DNA from: Dehalococcoidia bacterium
GTDB taxonomy: Bacteria > Chloroflexota > Dehalococcoidia > Lucifugimonadales > UBA3495
Direction of reading: 5' to 3'
Assembly (NCBI GenBank): GCA_965261885.1
Contig: CBDHDY010000005.1
Span: 7,350 to 71,349 of the forward strand
DNA length: 64,000 nucleotides
Shown: piece by piece, positions 57,975-64,000 of the stretch
Numbering within the stretch: position 1 is the stretch's first letter
How the letters are laid out: every line of letters begins with the position of its first letter
Program-made: the position numbers and the translations under genes
Notes under the pieces: generated by a model
What the model was told of the DNA's origin: nothing
The model's database searches: none
What the model saw: the letters and a program-made list of their open reading frames with translations, nothing else

Positions 57975-59558
57975 TCAGTCCGCAGCGGCCCCCGACGTTG
58001 CCTGCTGTCCGCCCCCCGACGGCGGAGCGGCCAGCGGCTTGTAGGGCCGGTGGAACGCCGCAATGATCGCCCCGGCGGTCATGATCCCCACCACCGCCAG
58101 CGCCGATATCTGGAACCCCTCCAGGTGCAGCCGCTGCGACTCCGAAGGCAGCATCAGCCCGATGGTCGCTGGCACTATCATCGCCACTATGAACGACGAG
58201 ATCGTCGCCCCCGTCGCGTGTCCCATATCCCGCGTCGTCTCCAGCACCCCTGAGGCGAAGCCCCGGTGCTCCGTCGGCAGCGTGCTCATCACCGTCGCGT
58301 TGTTCACCGTGTTGAATATGTTGGTCCCCACCGATATCGGGAACAGCAGCAACGGCAGCAACCAGAAATTCACCGATCCAGCAAACAGCGCCAACAGCAC
58401 GAACCCTGACGCAATCGACAGCATGCAGGCCGTCCGCAGCAGCCGCGGGTTGAACTTGTCGTGGATGAACCCCGCGATCGCCGGCAGCCAGATGCCGAAG
58501 GACTGGTGCGGCAACAGCACATACGTAACGAATATCGGATCCCTGCCCAGTCCCTCCTCAATCATGATCGGCACCAGTATCATGGTCGCCATCATGGACA
58601 GGTGGAACATCACGTTGGATATGATCGCCAGCGTGAAGTACTTTTCCTTGAAGTGCTGGAACTCTACGAACGGGTGCGCCACCCGCCGCTCCACGAATAT
58701 GAACACCACCAGCAGCGCGATGGTCAGCCCGTGCATCGGTAGGTGGTAGGTCAGCGCGTCCGGCGACGTGTACGATTCCTCACCGCCGTGGATGTGGCTG
58801 CCCGACAGGATGAATACCGCCGACACCGCCACCAGCAGGATCGCCCCCAGGTAGTCGATGGGATTATGCTTGTCGACAACTGCCTCGTCGTTCCGGCGCA
58901 CCACCGGCAGGCACGACCAGATCACCAGAAGCCCGATGGGCAGCATGGTCAGGAACACCAACCGCCACCCGGCAAAGCCGTCCCAGTTGGCAAACTGCAG
59001 CAGGATGCCGAAGAACGCCACCCCGATGAACGTCCCCATACGCGAGCCGGTGATCGGGAAGGCGTAGGCACGGCCCCGTTCGTTGGACGGGAAGGCGAAG
59101 GCCAGCATGGCATTGCCGTTGCCGTGAATCAGCCCGGCGCCCAACCCCTGCAGGCCTCTTAATATAATCACTTGCGTGAGGTCCTGGGCCGCCACAATCC
59201 CCACCGCGCCGAGGGTGATGATGATCGTGCCGATGAAGAACATCTTGGGGTGCCCGAAGCGGTCTCCCAGGCGCGCGCCCAGGAAGACGGTGCTCCCCAG
59301 CACCAGCAGGTTCGCGATCACGATCCACGCCGCATCGCCAACGCCGTAGCCGAAGTCCCGCGCGATGCTGGGAAGCGCCAGCGTTACGGGGAGACTGGAA
59401 AGCTGCACCAGCAACTGCCCGCCAGTCATCGCGATGAGCACCTGTCGGCGCTCCACCGAGTTCACCACTTCTTTATAGTTGGAAATGAATCCCGGCATCA
59501 AATATCCCCAGTTTACCGAATCAAACTCCGGGTACTTTATCATTTCAGTCGATGCCAC
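57975..59558 (-). CDS. MFS transporter (14-TM DHA2/EmrB-like)
   Basis: 527 aa, about 14 hydrophobic segments, and the motif LGARLGDRFGHPKMF (MFS motif A). Confidence 0.82.
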   Translation of the reverse strand: MASTEMIKYPEFDSVNWGYLMPGFISNYKEVVNSVERRQVLIAMTGGQLLVQLSSLPVTLALPSIARDFGYGVGDAAWIVIANLLVLGSTVFLGARLGDRFGHPKMFFIGTIIITLGAVGIVAAQDLTQVIILRGLQGLGAGLIHGNGNAMLAFAFPSNERGRAYAFPITGSRMGTFIGVAFFGILLQFANWDGFAGWRLVFLTMLPIGLLVIWSCLPVVRRNDEAVVDKHNPIDYLGAILLVAVSAVFILSGSHIHGGEESYTSPDALTYHLPMHGLTIALLVVFIFVERRVAHPFVEFQHFKEKYFTLAIISNVMFHLSMMATMILVPIMIEEGLGRDPIFVTYVLLPHQSFGIWLPAIAGFIHDKFNPRLLRTACMLSIASGFVLLALFAGSVNFWLLPLLLFPISVGTNIFNTVNNATVMSTLPTEHRGFASGVLETTRDMGHATGATISSFIVAMIVPATIGLMLPSESQRLHLEGFQISALAVVGIMTAGAIIAAFHRPYKPLAAPPSGGGQQATSGAAAD

Positions 59559-59637
59559 GCCACTTTATGTATCAACCGGCATGTTCGAATTCACTGCGCT
59601 ATAATGTCTGGAAAATCTTAAAACAAGGGGCACGGCG

Positions 59638-60684
59638 ATGGTCAACGCACCGGTCCGCCTGACTGAACTTTCTCACTGCGCGGGTTGAGCAGCCAAGCTC
59701 AGCCAGAAGGACCTGGTTCAGGTTCTAAGCAAACTTCCCATTGTTGAACACCCCGACCTGCTGGTTGGTTCGTCGACAGGTGACGATGCGGCCGTGTACC
59801 GGCTGGATGATCGCACCGGACTGGTGCTGACAGTCGATTTTTTCACGCCCATCACCGACGACCCCTATGAATTCGGCTTGGTGGCCGCGGCCAACTCCCT
59901 CAGCGATGTGTATGCCATGGGAGGCCGCCCGCTGGTGGCCCTCAATGTCGTCGGTTTTCCCGCAGCCCTCGCAGCGGAGATGCTGGGCGACGTGCTGCGC
60001 GGCGGCTACGACAAGGCCGCTGAGGCCAACTGCCTCATCGTCGGAGGCCACACCGTTGACGACAACGAGCCCAAGTACGGCCTGTCGGTCGTTGGACTGG
60101 TCGAGCCCGGCCGCCAGGTGACCAACGCCGCGGCGCAACCCGGCGACGTCCTCGTACTGACCAAGCCACTGGGCACCGGAATCGTCGCCACGGGCTGCAA
60201 GGCGGGAGTGGCGCCTCCGGGCTCCGTCGAGACAGCTGTGGAGATCATGGCCACGCTGAACCGCTCCGCGTCGGAGGCCATGATGGAGGTCGGGGTAAAC
60301 GCCTGCACCGACGTTACCGGCTTCGGCCTCATGGGCCACTTGACCGGTATGCTGCGGGCCAGCGGAGTCAGCGCGGAGATCAGCGCGTCGGCGGCGCCGG
60401 TGCTTCCTGGTGTAGACGCGCTGCTTGCCCAGGGCGTCGCACCCGGCGGAACTCACCGAAACGAGGCGGGTGTTGCCGATTATGTCGAGTGGGACGAGTC
60501 CATTACTGCGAACCAGCGCCTGCTGCTTTGCGACGCCCAGACCTCCGGCGGGCTGCTCATCTCCGTGCCAGAGGAACGGCTGTCCCGGCTCCTGGATGCG
60601 CTGGAGGAACGGGGCGTCGGGACCAGGGCCGTGATCGGCAGTATCGGCGATGGCGCCCCGGGCACTGCCCATGTCGTCCTCTGA
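59638..60684 (+). CDS. selD: selenide,water dikinase with in-frame UGA (selenocysteine) at 59686-59688
   Basis: The track only shows 59794-60684. Manual extension in the same frame from the ATG at 59638 gives MVNAPVRLTELSHCAG-U-AAKLSQKDLVQVLSKLP...LLVGSSTGDDAAVYRLDD, the canonical SelD N-terminus with Sec at the Cys/Sec position. Confidence 0.85.
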
Positions 60685-60687
60685 AGA

Positions 60688-61347
60688 TTGAGCGAATCAT
60701 TGCTGTCTAAACTATTCCCCAATGTGAGGTGGGGCTTGAAGCGTCCTGACCAAGTAAAGAATGCTCCCGACCAGGGATTCGGCGAACGCGTGCCTCCCGG
60801 CCAGTTCGTTACCACCAAGTTCCCGGTGCTGACCTACGGACCGGAGCCGAAGGTCGACATCAATGCATGGCAGTTCCGGGTGTTTGGGCTGGTGGAAACA
60901 GAATTGACCCTCGACTGGAAGGCATTCACCGAATTGCCCTGGCAAGTCCTGGAGGCGGACTTTCATTGCGTCACGCAGTGGAGCGCGCTGGACCAGACCT
61001 GGGAGGGAGTGGCGGTTGCCCACCTGCTTGCTCTTTCTGGCGTTGCGCCCGAGAGCAAGCACCTAATGGCTCATTGTTTCGGGGGTTATTCCACCAATGT
61101 ACCCCTGGACCTGGCTCTGGCAGAAGGGTTCCTGGCCCACAAGCAGGGCGGTGAGCCACTGGGCAAGAGTCATGGATGGCCCCTGCGTCTGATAGTTCCC
61201 AGCCTTTACGGCTGGAAGAGCGCCAAATGGGTTAATGGCATCGAGTTGATGGCCGAAGATGCCCCCGGCTTCTGGGAGCAGCGCGGCTACCACAACTACG
61301 GTGATCCGTGGAAGGAAGAACGCTTCTGGCCTGAGTTGACGCGTTAG
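60688..61347 (+). CDS. molybdopterin-dependent oxidoreductase, sulfite-oxidase fold (YedY/MsrP-like)
   Basis: W.FRVFGLVE..LTLDW..F, DFHCVTQWS and WPLRLIVPSLYGWKSAKWVNGIEL match the family. It has a TTG start 3 nt after the selD stop. Confidence 0.75.
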   Translation: MSESLLSKLFPNVRWGLKRPDQVKNAPDQGFGERVPPGQFVTTKFPVLTYGPEPKVDINAWQFRVFGLVETELTLDWKAFTELPWQVLEADFHCVTQWSALDQTWEGVAVAHLLALSGVAPESKHLMAHCFGGYSTNVPLDLALAEGFLAHKQGGEPLGKSHGWPLRLIVPSLYGWKSAKWVNGIELMAEDAPGFWEQRGYHNYGDPWKEERFWPELTR

Positions 61348-61366
61348 CGCCCAGCGGGGACTCCCT

Positions 61367-61399
61367 CTATTCCGGAGCCATACTTCGCCTCCGGAATAG
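61367..61399 (+). terminator. perfect 11-bp-stem hairpin after the Mo-enzyme gene
   Basis: CTATTCCGGAG-ccatacttcgc-CTCCGGAATAG begins 20 nt after the stop. There is no U-tract. Confidence 0.35.
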
Positions 61400-61493
61400 G
61401 GCCCAGATCAGGGTAATGTCCCCGGAACAATCCCTCAGGACAGGCATGGAGTTCTCTCTATCCGGCGATAAGTTGGGAATCAGGCGAAGACGA

Positions 61494-61514
61494 GGGGCGG
61501 CAGATGGCCGCCCC
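61494..61514. terminator. GC hairpin between convergent genes
   Basis: GGGGCGGC-agatg-GCCGCCCC lies between the Mo-enzyme gene (+) and the zinc-ribbon gene (-). Confidence 0.4.
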
Positions 61515-61549
61515 TGTCTTCAGATCTGAGTCAGAGAGAATCTGATTCG

Positions 61550-61750
61550 TCAAGCCGCCTTGGGCAGCCGCTCTTCCTCTGCATACCAGGATCCCGCTGC
61601 AACCGGAGCCTTGGCCTCAATCTTGGAAACCCGCTCGACGTCAAGGTCGCGCATGAAGCCGCACTGCAGACAGCTGACAAAGGTCCCGTAGGAATCCTGG
61701 CCGAGAGTAAGGTCACCGAGGCACTTTGGGCAAGACTTCAAATACACCAT
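61550..61750 (-). CDS. small zinc-ribbon protein
   Basis: 66 aa with CPKC...CLQC. It is divergent from hspR. Confidence 0.5.
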   Translation of the reverse strand: MVYLKSCPKCLGDLTLGQDSYGTFVSCLQCGFMRDLDVERVSKIEAKAPVAAGSWYAEEERLPKAA

Positions 61751-61909
61751 TAGGCACCTCCACTTCCTGCTCGGGCCCCGCCTATTGTTCTAGGGACGGC
61801 GGGAAGCCCTTTAACACATCAACCGTCTTGATTGAACTGACCTGCCTCGCATACCGTAGTACGCCAACTACTCTTTCTTGGATTCTTAATCTGCTACGCT
61901 ACACAACAC

Positions 61910-61938
61910 TTGACACGAGTCGTATCAAAAATTATCAT
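61910..61938 (+). promoter_or_regulatory. sigma70-type promoter candidate of the hspR-grpE-dnaK operon, overlapped by an imperfect inverted repeat
   Basis: TTGACA (61910-15), a 17-nt spacer, then TATCAT (61933-38). The IR TTGACAC-N5-GTATCAA (61910-61928) matches 6/7 and is loosely HAIR-like. Confidence 0.5.
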
Positions 61939-61978
61939 ACGTATCAGTTCACGTCAACAGGTTTTCCCGGAGAAAAGC

Positions 61979-62488
61979 ATGACCCAGCAGAGGCGAGTCC
62001 AGTCACAACAGCGTGAGGAAACGAAGGCCCCTCCTTTTCGAGGGGTGACGTCTCCCGAGCCGGACTCGACCCTGTCCGATTCCCGGAACGGCACCACGTC
62101 CAACCAGACAGCGGATACGTCGCCGGACAACGAAACGTCCCCCCAGATGGAGGGGGTCTACATCATCAGCGTGGCCGCCCGAATTTTGGACATGCACCCG
62201 CAGACGCTGCGGAAGTACGAGCGGCTGGGGCTGATCCGTCCCGGAAGGACCTTGGGGATGCTTCGGCTGTACTCAACGGAGGACATTCGCAAGCTCCGCC
62301 TCATCCGTCACCTGTCAGACGAGATGGGACTGAACCTCGCCGGAGTCGAGTTTGTCCTGGCCGCTGTGCAGAATCTTTTGACCATGCAGCAGAGACTGAG
62401 CGCCAGGCTGGGGCCTGATGCGGGAGAGGTGGTCTCGGAGGAGCTGGCCCTGCTCTTCCATAGCCTTAACCTGCCGGTTGACTATTAA
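61979..62488 (+). CDS. hspR: MerR-family heat-shock regulator HspR-like
   Basis: YIISVAARILDMHPQTLRKYERLGLIRPGRT...RLYSTEDIRKLRLIRHL matches HspR. It has a low-complexity N-terminal extension of about 55 aa. The track start at 61910 is the -35 box itself. Confidence 0.75.
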   Translation: MTQQRRVQSQQREETKAPPFRGVTSPEPDSTLSDSRNGTTSNQTADTSPDNETSPQMEGVYIISVAARILDMHPQTLRKYERLGLIRPGRTLGMLRLYSTEDIRKLRLIRHLSDEMGLNLAGVEFVLAAVQNLLTMQQRLSARLGPDAGEVVSEELALLFHSLNLPVDY

Positions 62489-62532
62489 CTGAACATCGCA
62501 AACGACAGGGAAACTCAAACAGGGAATAATTG

Positions 62533-63123
62533 ATGACTACAGAAGACAACAGGGAACCTGCCGAAGAACCCGGCCACGAAGGTCAGGGCGCAGCAGCCAC
62601 AGGCGGGGAGGAATCCGGACAGGCAGTCGACTTCTCGCGACTGCCGCCAGAGTTGAAAGTAGCGGCGCTGGCCGAGCGGCTGGAAGCAGCAGAGGCGGAC
62701 ACCTATAGGTTCCGCAACGAAGTAAAGTACAAGGAAGCGGAGCTGCAAACCGAGCGTCGGCGCTTCGCAGAACAGCGGGCCACCGCGGCCAGATACCGGG
62801 ATGAGGACCTGCTTCTTGACCTGCTCCCGGTTATCGAGGGACTGGAACTGGCCCTGAACTCCGAGATCAGTCCGCAGTGGGGAGAGGGAGTCAAACTGGC
62901 TGTGCGGGAGGTGAAGCGGCGACTGGAGATGCGGGGAGTCAGCCTCATTGACGAGGCTGTGGGCCGCGCCTTTGACCCTAACGAACACGAAGCCCTGGCA
63001 TATCAGGAATCGAGGGAGCACCCGCCCGACCACGTGGTTCAGCTGGTGCGCCCCGGCTACCGGCTCCACGACCGTCTGTTGCGGGCAGCCCAGGTGATCG
63101 TGGCGCGGGAACCATCGGCATAA
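62533..63123 (+). CDS. grpE: nucleotide exchange factor GrpE
   Basis: [13 protein letters not shown] and [14 protein letters not shown]...[23 protein letters not shown] match GrpE. Confidence 0.88.
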   Translation: MTTEDNREPAEEPGHEGQGAAATGGEESGQAVDFSRLPPELKVAALAERLEAAEADTYRFRNEVKYKEAELQTERRRFAEQRATAARYRDEDLLLDLLPVIEGLELALNSEISPQWGEGVKLAVREVKRRLEMRGVSLIDEAVGRAFDPNEHEALAYQESREHPPDHVVQLVRPGYRLHDRLLRAAQVIVAREPSA

Positions 63124-63208
63124 GAGACTAGTACGAACTCACGCGGCAGACAACATCCCAAACACTATCAGTAGCGAATTCAAGAGTTTCAATTTAAGGA
63201 GAACAGCG

Positions 63209-64000
63209 ATGCCTAAAGTTTTGGGCATAGACCTCGGAACTACCAACTCGGTAGCAGCAGTTATTGAAGCCGGTGAGCCGGAAGTCGTTGAGAACGCCGA
63301 GGGCGCCCGCCTCACCCCTTCGGTGGTGGCGCTCAATACGCGCACCGGCGAACGGTACGTCGGTCAGGTGGCGAAGCGGCAGGCCGTAACCAACCCCGAG
63401 AACACCCTGTTCTCGGTTAAACGGCTGATGGGCCGCCGATTCGACGACAGTGAAGTACAGAACGCCGTCTCCAAGCTGCCCTACCAGGTGGTCAAGGGGG
63501 ACAACGGCGACGCCCACGTGAAGATGGGCGAACAGTCCTACGCACCCCCGCAGATTTCGTCATTCGTGCTGACAAAGATCAAGCAGGACGCCGAAGCCAA
63601 GCTGGGCGAGCGGATCACCCAGGCGGTTATCACGGTTCCCGCCTACTTCAACGACTCTCAGCGCCAGGCAACCAAGGACGCAGGTACCATCGCGGGGTTG
63701 GAGGTACTGCGCATCATCAACGAGCCAACTGCCTCATCTCTGGCCTACGGACTGGATAAGACCCTCGCGGATGCCAACATCGCGGTCTTTGACCTCGGCG
63801 GCGGCACTTTTGACATCACCATCCTTCAGATGGGCGACGGCGTGTTCGAGGTCAAGTCCACCAATGGCGACACCTTCCTTGGTGGCGACGACTTCGACCA
63901 GGCCATCCTGGAGTGGCTGATTACCGAGTTTCGCCGGGAAACGGGCATTGACCTGTCCAACGACCGCATGGCCCTGCAGCGCCTGCGCGACGCGGCCGAG
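63209..64000 (+). CDS. dnaK: chaperone DnaK (5' part; runs off the window)
   Basis: Not in the track because it has no stop inside the window. [20 protein letters not shown]..., [20 protein letters not shown] and [12 protein letters not shown] match DnaK. AAGGAG SD is present. Confidence 0.93.
   Translation, partial: MPKVLGIDLGTTNSVAAVIEAGEPEVVENAEGARLTPSVVALNTRTGERYVGQVAKRQAVTNPENTLFSVKRLMGRRFDDSEVQNAVSKLPYQVVKGDNGDAHVKMGEQSYAPPQISSFVLTKIKQDAEAKLGERITQAVITVPAYFNDSQRQATKDAGTIAGLEVLRIINEPTASSLAYGLDKTLADANIAVFDLGGGTFDITILQMGDGVFEVKSTNGDTFLGGDDFDQAILEWLITEFRRETGIDLSNDRMALQRLRDAAE

Noticed and set aside
61910-61978. Track ORF start (TTG at 61910) for hspR.
   Set aside because: That TTG is the -35 hexamer of the predicted promoter. 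The ATG at 61979, preceded by GGAG, is preferred.

Overview
High-GC bacterial chromosomal window. The gene content (many F420/LLM, SDR, CaiB, amidohydrolase-2 and sulfatase-like genes) looks Chloroflexota/SAR202-like, but that is only a guess. Coordinates 1-10505 hold a tightly coupled minus-strand nuo operon, nuoA-B-C-D-H-I-J-K-(small ORF)-L-M-N. It has no nuoEFG, and an extra DUF2007-like ORF sits between nuoK and nuoL. A plus-strand operon follows (10.7-15.5 kb): CoA-transferase, rdgB, moaA, a toxin-like/DUF2283 pair, rnhA, moaC and a retropepsin-like gene. A tRNA-Met(CAT) at 16826-16900 anchors an island of about 25 kb. A perfect 22-bp repeat of the tRNA 3' end bounds the island (16882-16903 and 41848-41869). 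The island carries mobile-element debris: an IS3 orfA pseudogene, three IS630 copies, an IS21 nested inside a MITE, and further MITEs. It also carries several pseudogenes, two SDRs, a sulfatase-like/methyltransferase/kinase block, an AIPR abortive-infection gene split by IS630, and a fossil P4-type integrase split by another IS630. To the right of the island lie core-like catabolic genes (amidohydrolase, GlcG-like, LLM, VOC, diiron oxygenase, crotonase, MetX-like). Next comes a Septu-like PtuA/PtuB pair whose HNH gene is split by an IS5-family element. After it are an FMN alpha-hydroxy-acid oxidase, a fourth IS630, a DUF433/PIN-like pair with a frameshift, an orphan 313-aa gene, an NHL protein and an MFS transporter. 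The window ends with a selD gene carrying an in-frame UGA (Sec) that the ORF track misses, a YedY-like Mo-enzyme, and hspR-grpE-dnaK. I found no CRISPR array and no rRNA. I found no clearly novel multi-gene system. The strongest observations are structural: the island boundaries, clean in-frame IS disruptions of two defence genes, MITE families, nested insertions and Sec recoding.
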